NCBI GenBank assembly: GCA_965207735.1
Contig: OZ242296.1
Location: 4,928,001-4,992,000 of the forward strand
Length of the DNA: 64,000 nt
Origin: Candidatus Versatilivorator sp.
Lineage (GTDB): Bacteria; Acidobacteriota; Terriglobia; Versatilivoradales; Versatilivoraceae
Reading direction: 5' to 3'
This document shows, piece after piece, positions 27,756 to 37,430 of this stretch. Position 1 is the first letter of the stretch; each line of letters opens with the position of its first letter. The notes below the pieces were generated by a model. The model was not told the origin of the DNA. It searched no databases and saw only the letters and a program-made list of their open reading frames with translations. Made by a program: the position numbers and the translations under genes.

Positions 27756-28110
27756 AGGTTCCTGCCGGGACGGGATTGATCGAATCCATTCTACCTGTCT
27801 ACCTGCAACTTTTGTCTCAGTGGAACTGCGCCTCGAGTTTACAATGACTTCCCTATCTTCGTCCGGTGCTCGACGCCGCCACCCGGTCGCTCAGCCTCGA
27901 CAGGATTCGGTAGCCTGAAACAACTCCCTGCGCGGGCTGGCGGGAAAGCAGCTCAAAGTCAAGCATTGGTAGTTGGTTTATTAATCCAGAAAACCAGTTT
28001 AACGGGACATGGCACTTACTCTCGAAAGGCCATTACAGTCCCTTGTTTCAATTTATGATCCGCACGGCAGCGCGCAGCACCGGCTAGCCAGCTTGGTTCA
28101 AGGTCGCCCC

Positions 28111-28518
28111 ATGTACGCCTTCCTGGACCTCTTCTTTATGGTCTTCCACACCGTTCAGATCGTTTTCAACCTGACGGGGTGGATCTGGCGGCGCACACGC
28201 CGCTTCCACCTGGGGTTGATGACCCTCACCCTCTTCTCCTGGTTCGGCCTGGGATGGTTCTACGGCTTCGGCTACTGCCCCAGCACCGACTGGCACTGGC
28301 AAATCAAGGAGGCCATGGGCCAGACCGGCCTCCCCAACTCATTCATCAAGTACTACATGGACCTGCTGACGGGAAAGGATTGGGACCCGGACGTGTTGGA
28401 CGCCTCGGTCGTATTCTTCGGCGTGGCGGCCCTGGGGGTTTCGGCCTGGGTCAACTGGCGGGATTGGCGCCGCCAGGCCCGCCGCTCGGCACCCGGCCGG
28501 CACCCCGCCCAGGGCTAA
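28111..28518 (+). CDS. DUF2784-like membrane protein
   Basis: ATG 28111; FH...GW.W...H....SWFGLG...GYCP.TDW...SFIKYY pattern. Confidence 0.75.
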   Translation: MYAFLDLFFMVFHTVQIVFNLTGWIWRRTRRFHLGLMTLTLFSWFGLGWFYGFGYCPSTDWHWQIKEAMGQTGLPNSFIKYYMDLLTGKDWDPDVLDASVVFFGVAALGVSAWVNWRDWRRQARRSAPGRHPAQG

Positions 28519-29630
28519 ACCGTCAGGCAGCGGTCGCGGGCGGCCACCTCCCAGCGCTCCCGGATGCGTCCTTGGCTGACCACCACCACATCCTTGTTCA
28601 AGGCGGTGGTGGGACAGATATGCCAGGGAATGGCCACCAGTTCGTCTCCCGGGCGCAGGGTCCCGGCCCGGGAGGTCTCAATGACCAGGTGCTCTTCGTT
28701 CTGCAGGACCAGCCTGGCGTCGGGCAATTGGGGGAAAACCGCCCGCGTTTCCATGGGTTGGTCGGAGGCCACGGCCTTGTAGCCCAGGTCCAGAGTGACC
28801 CGGTTCTCTCCCGGCAAGCTGATGACACGGGTCAGAACGACCGCTGCCGGCACGAAAGGGAGATCGGGGAAACTCGTTCCGTATCCGGCGTCGTGGAAGA
28901 TGCAGGCGCCCGGGCTGAGTTCGATGGCCGGATCCTCCATCCCGGCATAGACGGGAAAGGTCACCGACCCTCCACAGACCAGGCGCGGCACCTCCCAGCC
29001 GGCTGCGGTCAGCTCCCGGCGAAAGCCGTCCACCCCTTGGAATCGCTCCCTCACCGCGGCCGACCGCTCCGCCAGCGAAGGATAGCGCACGTGGCCGTCG
29101 TAAACGTGGAATCCACCCGCTCGCAGACCCGGGCTTTCGGCGATCTGTCCGTAAAGCCGGCGCGCACGGTTGCCGACCGGAAGACCGGTGCGCTGCTGGC
29201 CGGTATCCAGGTCCAGCAGAACTTCCACCTCTTGTCCGGCCTCGGCCATCAGCCTGGACAGGGCTTCCACCGGTTCGGGGTGGTCGGCGATCACCATGAA
29301 CCGGACCTTGGGAAACCCTTGCACGAAGCGAACGGCCCGCTCGATGTTGCGCCCCACCAGGTGGTAAGCCAGCAACACATCCCGCGCGCCGGCCCGAGCC
29401 ACCATTTCGCACTCGGCAAAGGTGGCCGCCTTGAATTTGTCGATTCCCCGCTGCATTTGCAGTTGGACGACCTCCCGGGTCTTGTGGGTCTTGACGTGGG
29501 GTCGCAGGCGGGCCGGGTCTCCGGCCATCGCCACCATCCGGTCCAGGTTTTCCCGGACCAGTTCCAGAAAGACCACCAGCGCCGGCGTGGCGAGTTGCCG
29601 GCTGTCCTCGATGCGGTATCGATCGGGCAT
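28515..29630 (-). CDS. D-TA-family PLP-dependent enzyme (D-threonine aldolase / D-serine dehydratase-like, alanine-racemase fold)
   Basis: TPALVV, RLRPHVKTHK (PLP Lys), HVYDGH, DLGYKA, QNEEH and PWHICPT motifs; AGGAAGGA RBS before ATG 29630. Confidence 0.9.
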   Translation of the reverse strand: MPDRYRIEDSRQLATPALVVFLELVRENLDRMVAMAGDPARLRPHVKTHKTREVVQLQMQRGIDKFKAATFAECEMVARAGARDVLLAYHLVGRNIERAVRFVQGFPKVRFMVIADHPEPVEALSRLMAEAGQEVEVLLDLDTGQQRTGLPVGNRARRLYGQIAESPGLRAGGFHVYDGHVRYPSLAERSAAVRERFQGVDGFRRELTAAGWEVPRLVCGGSVTFPVYAGMEDPAIELSPGACIFHDAGYGTSFPDLPFVPAAVVLTRVISLPGENRVTLDLGYKAVASDQPMETRAVFPQLPDARLVLQNEEHLVIETSRAGTLRPGDELVAIPWHICPTTALNKDVVVVSQGRIRERWEVAARDRCLTV

Positions 29631-29638
29631 GTTCCTTC

Positions 29639-30976
29639 CTAAGCGGCCACGGTGGCATCGGCGGCCCGGGCGCGGTCGACTTCCCCGGTCTTCACCAGCA
29701 ACAGCAGAATTACGGGGACGATGGTCATGATACCCAGCCACCAGAAAGCCGACTGGTAGGAAAGCAGATTGTCGGCCGCGCCGCCCTGCGACCAGATCAA
29801 CCATTCTCGCAGCGGGCCGGCCAGCCAGTTCCCGATGACGTGGGAAACGTTGGACAGCGTCATATAGGTGGTGAACACGGTTCCCGCGGCCACGGTCCAG
29901 GAAATCCTCATGGCCATGGAGAGGAACCCGACCGAACCGATGGCCGCCAGGGTCTCGTAGGAAAGCACATAGGACATGGCGAACCAGCCCTCGTTCCACA
30001 GGCCGGGGAAGGACGCGAAGATCATGGCGGCCGCCCCATAGCCGAAATAGCCGACGGTCAGGATCAAGCGCCTCCCATAGCGGTCGGCCAGATATCCGCC
30101 CAGCACGGCGCCCACGATAATGGGAGCGGTGGCATACAGACCGGAGGCTCTCGAGAACTCCACATCCGTCCAGCGCGGGCTCAGGTACTGGGTGTAGAGC
30201 GCGTTGGACAGGACCTCGTTGACTCCCAACCCAATCAGCTTCAGCAGCGTGAACAGGATGAAGACCCAGGTGGTCGTCAGCGAAAATGCCCTGAGAACAC
30301 TGCCCATGACCCGGAGCGGGTTGCTCACGCTCCCGACGGCCGTAGAGGCGGCCCGGCCGGCGCTCCAGGGGAACCGCTTCTCTCCCCGCCGCTCCAAGAA
30401 CACTACCGGAACCAGCATGACGGCCAGCAGCAACAGCACCTGAACGGCCACACAGGCCTCCAGACCCCAGGCGTTGATCACATGGGACAGGCTCCAGGCT
30501 CCCAACCCCTTGCCGATGAGCTTGGAAGCCCACATCATGCCGTTGGTCTGCCCCTGCTCGTGCGGCGGCAGAATGTCGACCGCCAGGGCGTCGGTGCAGA
30601 CATCCTGCAGGGAGGCAAAGCAGTTGTGCAGAAAGAACATGTAGAGGATGAACTTCAACTCCTGGGAGGGATCGGCGATGCCGATGAATCCCAGCAGCGT
30701 CAGCGCCATCATCAATTCGGAACCGATGATCCAGGGCCGTCTTCTCCCCATGGAGCGAATGGTGAAGCTGTCCATCAAGGGCGCCCATATCAGCTTGAAG
30801 GACCAGGGCACCAGGATGATGGCCTTGAGGCTGCCGATATCGCTGTCGGAAATCTGGTAGTTGTAGGAGAGGTAGGAGGGCAGCGTAATCAACATGAAGC
30901 CCCAGGGAATCCCCTGGGCGAAATAGAGCGCGCACAGGGTCACCCTGCGCTGCCATCGAGTGTCGACCAAGGCCAT
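29639..30976 (-). CDS. MFS transporter, AmpG-like
   Basis: LYFAQGIPWG, PWSFKLIWAPLMD, GRRRPWI and SLQDVCTDALAVD motifs. Confidence 0.88.
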   Translation of the reverse strand: MALVDTRWQRRVTLCALYFAQGIPWGFMLITLPSYLSYNYQISDSDIGSLKAIILVPWSFKLIWAPLMDSFTIRSMGRRRPWIIGSELMMALTLLGFIGIADPSQELKFILYMFFLHNCFASLQDVCTDALAVDILPPHEQGQTNGMMWASKLIGKGLGAWSLSHVINAWGLEACVAVQVLLLLAVMLVPVVFLERRGEKRFPWSAGRAASTAVGSVSNPLRVMGSVLRAFSLTTTWVFILFTLLKLIGLGVNEVLSNALYTQYLSPRWTDVEFSRASGLYATAPIIVGAVLGGYLADRYGRRLILTVGYFGYGAAAMIFASFPGLWNEGWFAMSYVLSYETLAAIGSVGFLSMAMRISWTVAAGTVFTTYMTLSNVSHVIGNWLAGPLREWLIWSQGGAADNLLSYQSAFWWLGIMTIVPVILLLLVKTGEVDRARAADATVAA

Positions 30977-31061
30977 GGAAAGTATCGACCTCCCGGGTGT
31001 CTCAAGAGTCCGCCGCGGAGCAGCCCAAACTCTACCAGCCGGCTACCCTTCCCGCAAGGGA

Positions 31062-33164
31062 CTAGGTCTTCACCACATAGATCGGGCTCGACCAGGCCAT
31101 GTGCCCGTCCTCCTGAACCACCTTCACCAGGATCGGATTGTCCCCTTTGCGGCAGTCTCCGGCGGAAAGCCTGTAGGTGAACTCACAATGAGCCGGACCG
31201 TCGGCGGCCGGCAGGCGGTAGAGCGAGATGCGCTTGTCCAGGCCGCCCAGGGGCCAGGTTCTGCCCTCCACCCCCAGGCCCTGCAGCCCTGCCTCAAGAC
31301 AGGTCTGATCGGTTTCCACCCGGATCCGGCCGGCTTCCGGACGGGCCAAGTCCAGGATCAGGCCGGCCACCCCGCCGGTGGTGATGGATTCCCAGTCGAG
31401 CCGCCTGGGGTCGGCTTGCCGGCAGGGAAGATCGGGATTGTGGAAATTGAGCGGGGTCACTCCCTGAATCCGATTCCCGGACAGGGTCAAAGATCCGTTC
31501 CAGGCGACCTGCCGGCCTCTCCCCCGCACCTCGGCTCCCTCCCAAAGCAGCTTGATCCGGTTGGTAAGATGGGCGGCGGAGTAGGTTCGAAAACACTCCA
31601 CCACCCGCGTTCCGTTACGAACCTCGACCCGCTCGATGGGGGCGGTTCCGCAGACCCGGATGCGGAACTCGGGATCTGAACCGGACCCGGGGTTGAGCAA
31701 ACCCCCCATCGGAATTCCATCCTCGGCTTCGACATCCAGATAAATGCGAGCGCCGCTGGTCGCATAGACCCGACGGGCCCGGTAGGCCTCCCACACGCAT
31801 TCTCGGGTCAGGCCCTCGGCCAGAACGCAGGTGAGCCCCCCGTAGCTGCCGAAGGTGGCGGCGCCCGGATAGCTGGCTCCGGGGCGGCCCTTGTGCCCGT
31901 CGGAATTGGCCACGATGGCCAGGCGATGCCCCCGGGCAAAGGCGTCCGCCAACATCCATTCGAACGTCCCCCAGGCCGAATGAACCTCCACCGCCCATTC
32001 CAGCCCGGGATCGTGGCGGGTCAGGTCGGCAAAGCGTCCTCCGACGTGGGGAATGACCATCACCTCCCGCCCGCAATCCCGCAGGCGGGCGAACAGTTCC
32101 TCCACGGTCGGGCAGCAGGGTTCCCGGGCCTGGCCCGGGGAAAGCAGGGCGCGGGAGCTGCGGCCGATGGGCCCGCCTTCTTCCCGGAAAATCACGTTGC
32201 GGTCCCCACCCAGAGCGGTATTGCCGCTCCATTCCCAACCGGGAAAGGTCACCAGGCGCCTCGGTTCTTGGAATTTTCGGGTTGTGGTCTGGATCTTCCT
32301 CCAGAAGCCGTCAGTGATCTGAAAGTCGTTGCCCTGGTGGGAGCAGATGTCCAGGAAGGCGTAGTCTCGGGCAAAGCGGAAGTAGTCCCCGATGGAATTG
32401 GTTCCGATGGTTTCCTCGCTCTGGCCATGCAGATCGGCCCAGAATCTCCCAAATCGCTCGCCTCTACCGACCCGGATGGGATTGGTCCGTCCCGCCAGAC
32501 CGGTTCGGGCGTCTTTCACGGAAATTGTGTAGTTTCCGGGCTCATCAAAGGCGGGGAAGACGGTCTTTCGCGGGCGGCCCACCGGATTGCCCCAGCGATC
32601 CTCCAGCTTGCTCCGGACCGAAATCGGCTCACCGGCGCCGGCCAGACTGGGAGCCACCGCCACCAGTCGCACCGGCTTGCCGGCCACAATCCGGAACCTG
32701 GGAGAATCCGGCAAGCGGTCGAAGGAATAGGTGGCGAAGCGGTCGACCAGCACCCGCAGCTCAAAGGTTTTTTCCACGAAGGTCTGGACCTGCCAGCCGG
32801 GTGAGCCGCCGCTGCGATCCCCCAGCGTCAGCTCGATCCGATCCCCCTGGCGCAGGAATCCCTGCACGATTTTCAGGTGGAGCGTCTTGCCCCAGGGGCG
32901 AAGGTTGTCCTTGGGGTCGTAGCGCAACTGCAGGCGGGCGCCATTGGACGCCCGGGCGGTGGTGTAGTTGGGGGCTTGGGGCCGATCGAACTGGGGCACT
33001 CCGCAATCGGTGGCATAGCGCATCACCACCTTTATCGAGCCGGTGTCGTCAATACCGTGGAAGCCGGCCGTGTAGGTCAGCCGGCAGGTCCGGTAACTGC
33101 TGGCGACCACCCGGCCCCCCAGGCTGCAGCTCACGTGACCGAGAGATTCGGAGTTGGTTTTCAC
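31062..33164 (-). CDS. DUF3604-domain (PHP-like) metallohydrolase
   Basis: WADLHGQS, SHQGNDFQ, EWSGNT..GGDRNV, EVHSAWG, NSDGHKGRPG, VYATSG and AWSSPI motifs. Confidence 0.85.
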   Translation of the reverse strand: MKTNSESLGHVSCSLGGRVVASSYRTCRLTYTAGFHGIDDTGSIKVVMRYATDCGVPQFDRPQAPNYTTARASNGARLQLRYDPKDNLRPWGKTLHLKIVQGFLRQGDRIELTLGDRSGGSPGWQVQTFVEKTFELRVLVDRFATYSFDRLPDSPRFRIVAGKPVRLVAVAPSLAGAGEPISVRSKLEDRWGNPVGRPRKTVFPAFDEPGNYTISVKDARTGLAGRTNPIRVGRGERFGRFWADLHGQSEETIGTNSIGDYFRFARDYAFLDICSHQGNDFQITDGFWRKIQTTTRKFQEPRRLVTFPGWEWSGNTALGGDRNVIFREEGGPIGRSSRALLSPGQAREPCCPTVEELFARLRDCGREVMVIPHVGGRFADLTRHDPGLEWAVEVHSAWGTFEWMLADAFARGHRLAIVANSDGHKGRPGASYPGAATFGSYGGLTCVLAEGLTRECVWEAYRARRVYATSGARIYLDVEAEDGIPMGGLLNPGSGSDPEFRIRVCGTAPIERVEVRNGTRVVECFRTYSAAHLTNRIKLLWEGAEVRGRGRQVAWNGSLTLSGNRIQGVTPLNFHNPDLPCRQADPRRLDWESITTGGVAGLILDLARPEAGRIRVETDQTCLEAGLQGLGVEGRTWPLGGLDKRISLYRLPAADGPAHCEFTYRLSAGDCRKGDNPILVKVVQEDGHMAWSSPIYVVKT

Positions 33165-33265
33165 CCTATGGTCTCCTCAACCAGCGGCCGGCGCTTTGGC
33201 GATAGGGGTTTAGCGCGCCGTCCCCCTGCCGTGCGGATCACTCGAGGAAAAACGACCGATCATTT

Positions 33266-33574
33266 GAGCCTTTTGCAAAATTCGTCGTCGGGCGATCCTT
33301 ATTCGGATCGAGGGTTTTTCCTCCCGAGTCCCTCAAGGATCCGGTGACACTGAACCCGTTTGCCGTCTGAATTTCAATGGCCACAAAAGGCACAAAAACA
33401 CAAAAAGAACCATCGGATGGGCAAGTCTCGAAATCAAGAAACTCGTTTTTTGCCTTTTGTGCTTCTTGTGGTTTCTGTTGTCTCTTGTGCTTATCGTGGC
33501 GAATGCTGGAGCCTGCAGCACATCATCCTTGCCGCCTCAATGTCATTCCCGATTGCGATATTTGCAAAAGGCTC
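33266..33574. mobile_element. 309-bp MITE with the TIRs of the 1487-bp IS
   Basis: Left end 19/19 and right end 17/19 identical to the IS TIRs; right subterminal ~40 bp resembles the IS right end. No ORF and no clear TSD. Confidence 0.8.
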
Positions 33575-33580
33575 ATAATG

Positions 33581-33724
33581 AACATGGATGCACAGGATAA
33601 CCAGGACGGGACGCTGCTGCACGAGAAGTCGGCTCCGGCAATGATCGTGTGCGGATTTGCGGATGCTCAGATTACAAGCCTGCCGTTTCCTGAAAAAATC
33701 CTGTGCATCCTGTGCATCCATGTT
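33581..33724. repeat. Small hairpin element with 9-bp-period arms
   Basis: Perfect 18-bp inverted repeat AACATGGATGCACAGGAT / ATCCTGTGCATCCATGTT. Related arms at ~39680, 52735-52972 and ~53157-53187. Confidence 0.8.
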
Positions 33725-33884
33725 GATCAAAACCTGTTCCGAGCCTCCATAAAACCGTTGGCTGCGGAATTTTGCAAAAGGTTCTGGTGTTCATTCGTGT
33801 CCATTCGTGGTTCGTCGTTCCCCTTCGTGGATATCTTCGTCAAAGGGCTCCACGGAGAACTAATTCTGGCCGAGGGTATTATTC

Positions 33885-35371
33885 GAGCCTTTTGCAAAAT
33901 TCGCAGATAGCGGGAATTTTCACGTGGGGAAAGATCAAGGAGGGCAGGTGGAAGGAGGGGCAAGACCACTGTCTGTTGTATCATGAAGGTGTCTGAACCA
34001 CATGATGAACGGAGGTGGAACTTGCCCCTTAGGGAAACCCTATCACGACACTGGTTCCGGTTTCAACGAGAGCTGTTTCCCCTGCTGGAGGAAGTTTTGG
34101 GGCCTCTGGGAGAGCGTTACCAGCGGCTGGTGCAGGTATTGGAGTTGGTGCGGGTGGAGGAGTTGCTGCCTTACAGTCGGGGCTGGCGTGGCCGGCCGCT
34201 GGAGGATCGGGCAGTGCTGGCGCGAGCCTATCTGGCGAAGTCGATGCTGGAGGTGGCGACCACGCGGGGATTGGTGGAGCGGCTGAGGAGTGAGGGGAGG
34301 CTGCGGCGGCTGTGCGGCTGGGAGAGGGCGTGGGAGGTACCGAGCGAGTCGACCTTCTCGCGGGCCTTTGCGGAATTCGCTGAGAGCGACCTGCCGGGGC
34401 GTTTGCACGAGGCATTGCTGGAGGAGACGCTGAAGGGCCACTTGGCGGGGCATGTGTCGAGGGACTCGACGGCGATTGCGGGACGGGAAAAGCCAGCGGC
34501 CAAGGCTGCGCCGGAGGCCAAGCGGAAACGCCGGCGGGGCCGGCCGCCGAAGGGCGAGCGACGGCCCAAGCGGTTGAGCCGGCTGGAGCGGCAGGGGTCG
34601 ATGACGCTGGAGGAAATGTTGAAGGAGTTGCCCAAGGCCTGCGACATCGGCGTCAAGCGCAACGCCAAGGGGCATCAGGAGAGCTGGACCGGCTACAAGC
34701 TACACCTCGACGCCATTGACGGCGGGATTCCGGTCAGTTGTCTGCTGACCTCGGCCTCGGTGCATGACTCTCAGGCAGCCATTCCGCTGGCGACGCTGAC
34801 GGCAAGGCGGGTCGAGAGTCTCTACGACTTGATGGACAGCGCCTACGATGCGCCGGAGATCCGGGCCTTCAGTGAGAAGCTGGGGCATGTGCCGATTATT
34901 GACGTCAACCCCCGCCGAAGAGCTACCTTGAAAGCCGAGCGGAAGCGGGAGGCACTGGCCCGGCGCTGTATCGGCCAAGTGACTCCCGAGGCGCGGCGCT
35001 ACCGGGAACGCTCGACGGTGGAGCGGGTCAACGGACGGCTCAAGGAGGAGTTTGGCGGGAGGCAGGTGAGGGTTCGCGGCCCCGACAAGGTGAGGTGCCA
35101 CCTGATGTTCGGCATTCTGGCCCTGACGGTGGATCAGTTGATGCGCCTGACGCTCTGAAGACCGGGTTGCCACCCCCAACCGCACAGCAGGTTCGCCCGC
35201 CTCAAGGCCGGGAGAGGGTAAGCTGTGCCTGCGTCCGGCGACCGCTGGCCATCCGGCCATCAGATTCGGGCTTTTTCCTTCAAAAGGGTCTTTGCAGCTG
35301 GGTAGTCACCGCCGGAACATCACTGTTGCCAGCCCAATGTCATGCCCGATTCCGAATTTTGCAAAAGGCTC
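33885..35371 (+). mobile_element. Insertion sequence copy 3
   Basis: Same TIRs; 4-bp TSD ATTC at 33881-33884 and 35372-35375. Confidence 0.97.
33983..35158 (+). CDS. DDE transposase (same protein as 588-1763)
   Basis: Identical 391-aa translation. Confidence 0.95.
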   Translation: MKVSEPHDERRWNLPLRETLSRHWFRFQRELFPLLEEVLGPLGERYQRLVQVLELVRVEELLPYSRGWRGRPLEDRAVLARAYLAKSMLEVATTRGLVERLRSEGRLRRLCGWERAWEVPSESTFSRAFAEFAESDLPGRLHEALLEETLKGHLAGHVSRDSTAIAGREKPAAKAAPEAKRKRRRGRPPKGERRPKRLSRLERQGSMTLEEMLKELPKACDIGVKRNAKGHQESWTGYKLHLDAIDGGIPVSCLLTSASVHDSQAAIPLATLTARRVESLYDLMDSAYDAPEIRAFSEKLGHVPIIDVNPRRRATLKAERKREALARRCIGQVTPEARRYRERSTVERVNGRLKEEFGGRQVRVRGPDKVRCHLMFGILALTVDQLMRLTL

Positions 35372-35429
35372 ATTCTATAGGACAATACCAGTTCGGGCGT
35401 CTCGCGGAACGCCACCCCAAACCTCTCCA

Positions 35430-37292
35430 ATGATTCCACGAATCTTCTTCCTCCTGCTGCTGGCGGGGCTGATCTCCTGCAGGCCCATGGCCGCCGAAGA
35501 CCCTCCCCTGGTGCTGGACCGTCCGATGCCGCCACCGGCCTGGGCGCTGATGGAGCGCGAGCTGCTGCGCCTCAACTCCGAAGCCTGCGAGATCTTCGCC
35601 GCCAAGTACGTGGATGAGCGAGGCCACTTGCTGCACACTCCCCGCTGGGGGACTCTGGACGGACCCGACGACGCAATCGAGACCTTTCACAACTGGACCC
35701 TGCTCCATGCGCTGGGGGCATCCGACTCCGTTCTGGAGCTGTTCAAGAAGGCGCTGGAGGGGCACCTGCACCAGTATGGCCAGCTCCGAACCACCCTGAC
35801 CGACCTGGCCCGGGAGGGCGCCTACCACCGCGAATTCATCACCATGTCGGACTGGTTCCATACCGGGGAAGGGATGCGGGGATTCATGTTCCAGGGGCTT
35901 TCCGAACCGGGTTCGCCCCGGCTGCGGGAGCGCATGAAGCGCTTCGCCGGACTCTACATGAACGAAGATCCCGAGGCGCCCAACTACGACCCCGAGCACA
36001 GGATCATCCGCAGCATATGGAACGGCAGCAAGGGCCCCATGCTCCGCAAAGCCACCACCTACGATTGGGTGGGAGATCCGGTCCCGGGCCGCTTTCACAT
36101 CCTGCACAGCCCTTTCGGCCGCAGCAAGATGCTGGACCTGGAGAAGGTCTACCCCAAGATGCTGGCTCACTGCGACGAATACCTCGACAGCGTGGGGGAC
36201 CATCCGCTCAACCTGGCGGCCACCAATCTGGCCCTCAACGCCTACATGCTCACCGGGGAGCCGAAATACCGGGAGTGGGCTCTGGAATACGTGGATGCCT
36301 GGAAGGAGAGAACCGAGGCCAACGGGGGCAACATCCCCACCAATATCGGTCTGGACGGCACCATCGGCGGGGAGTATGGCGGCAAGTGGTACAAGGGAAC
36401 CTATGGATGGAATTTCACCATCTTCGACGGGGAAATCGAGCGGATCGCCCATCGGAACAACTTCTCGGCGGGGAGTTGGCCGGGTTTCGGCAACGCCTAC
36501 CTCCTGACGGGCGACGCCGGTTACATCGACACCCTGCGCCGCCAGATGGACAACATTTACGCTCAAAAGAAGGTCGTCGACGGCCGGCTCATGGTTCCCC
36601 AGATGTACGGGGACCCTCGCGGCTACAAGTTCAGCGGCCGGGAAGAGTGGTACCGCTGGACAACCAACCTGTTCATCGGCCGCCTGATGGAAATCTACCT
36701 CTGGTCGATGGACCGCAGAGACCTGGAGCGGCTGCCCAAAACCGGTTGGATCGGCTTCCTGGAGGGAGCCGACCCAGGGTACCCGGAGAAAGCTCTGCGA
36801 AAAGACTTCGAGAGCCTCCGCACCACCATGCAGGGCATCGAAGAGGATCCGACCACGCCCGAGACCCGGTTGGCCGACTGGCTCCTGGACCTCAATCCCG
36901 CCAGGACCGGGACATTGGTCAACCTGATGCTCGGCGGTCACCTGACCGGCAGGATCTGGACCCTGCACACCCGGGTTCGCTACTTCGACCCGGAGCGGCG
37001 CCGTTCCGGACTGCCCCCGGACGTGGCGGCCCTGGTAGAAAAGCTGACGGGAGACAGCGTAACCCTCACCCTGGTGAACACCAGTCCCTTGCATCCCCGC
37101 GACCTGATCGTCCAGGCCGGGGCCTACGCCGAGCACCGGTTTCAGAGCGTGACCCTGAACGGGAAGACCATCCCAATCCACGGGCCATCGGTCGGGTTGC
37201 GTCTGGAGCCCGGCTGTGGCAGCCGGTTGGAATTTTCCATGCAACGCTACGCCAACCAACCCAGACTGGCCATGCCCTGGGATGCGCCATAG
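35430..37292 (+). CDS. Conserved hypothetical exported protein or lipoprotein, 620 aa
   Basis: ATG 35430 gives MIPRIFFLLLLAGLISC (lipobox-like); strong high-GC codon bias. Function not recognised. Confidence 0.8.
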   Translation: MIPRIFFLLLLAGLISCRPMAAEDPPLVLDRPMPPPAWALMERELLRLNSEACEIFAAKYVDERGHLLHTPRWGTLDGPDDAIETFHNWTLLHALGASDSVLELFKKALEGHLHQYGQLRTTLTDLAREGAYHREFITMSDWFHTGEGMRGFMFQGLSEPGSPRLRERMKRFAGLYMNEDPEAPNYDPEHRIIRSIWNGSKGPMLRKATTYDWVGDPVPGRFHILHSPFGRSKMLDLEKVYPKMLAHCDEYLDSVGDHPLNLAATNLALNAYMLTGEPKYREWALEYVDAWKERTEANGGNIPTNIGLDGTIGGEYGGKWYKGTYGWNFTIFDGEIERIAHRNNFSAGSWPGFGNAYLLTGDAGYIDTLRRQMDNIYAQKKVVDGRLMVPQMYGDPRGYKFSGREEWYRWTTNLFIGRLMEIYLWSMDRRDLERLPKTGWIGFLEGADPGYPEKALRKDFESLRTTMQGIEEDPTTPETRLADWLLDLNPARTGTLVNLMLGGHLTGRIWTLHTRVRYFDPERRRSGLPPDVAALVEKLTGDSVTLTLVNTSPLHPRDLIVQAGAYAEHRFQSVTLNGKTIPIHGPSVGLRLEPGCGSRLEFSMQRYANQPRLAMPWDAP

Positions 37293-37351
37293 CCCCCCCC
37301 CACAGGTCATCCCGCCCACAATCCGACGAAACCTCCCATAAGAAAACTAAA

Positions 37352-37407
37352 TCACTCCCCCCCTTGAGGGGGAGTCGCCGAGCCGAATGGCGAAGGCTGA
37401 TGCGGTG
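37352..37407. repeat. REP-like palindromic dispersed repeat
   Basis: ACTCCCCC-CCTTGA-GGGGGAGT hairpin plus GCCGAGCCG...GGCTGATGCGGTG. Inverted homolog at 45023-45079; both lie between convergent genes. Confidence 0.7.
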
Positions 37408-37430
37408 GGGGGTAACCACCGGCTGCCCCG

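Noticed and set aside
27960-28005. AT-rich TGGTTT...AAACCA inverted motif, a possible GntR-type operator
   Set aside because: Only a 6-bp match, with no cognate regulator nearby and no second copy seen.
28515-30956. 813-aa ORF suggesting a fusion protein
   Set aside because: The N-terminal ~440 aa is an alternate frame over the MFS gene; the real enzyme starts at ATG 29630 with its own RBS.
33360-33996. ORFs of 72-177 aa in the repeat cluster
   Set aside because: They are low-complexity translations of 9-bp-period repeats and IS ends, and none carries a GxxExxY or other motif.
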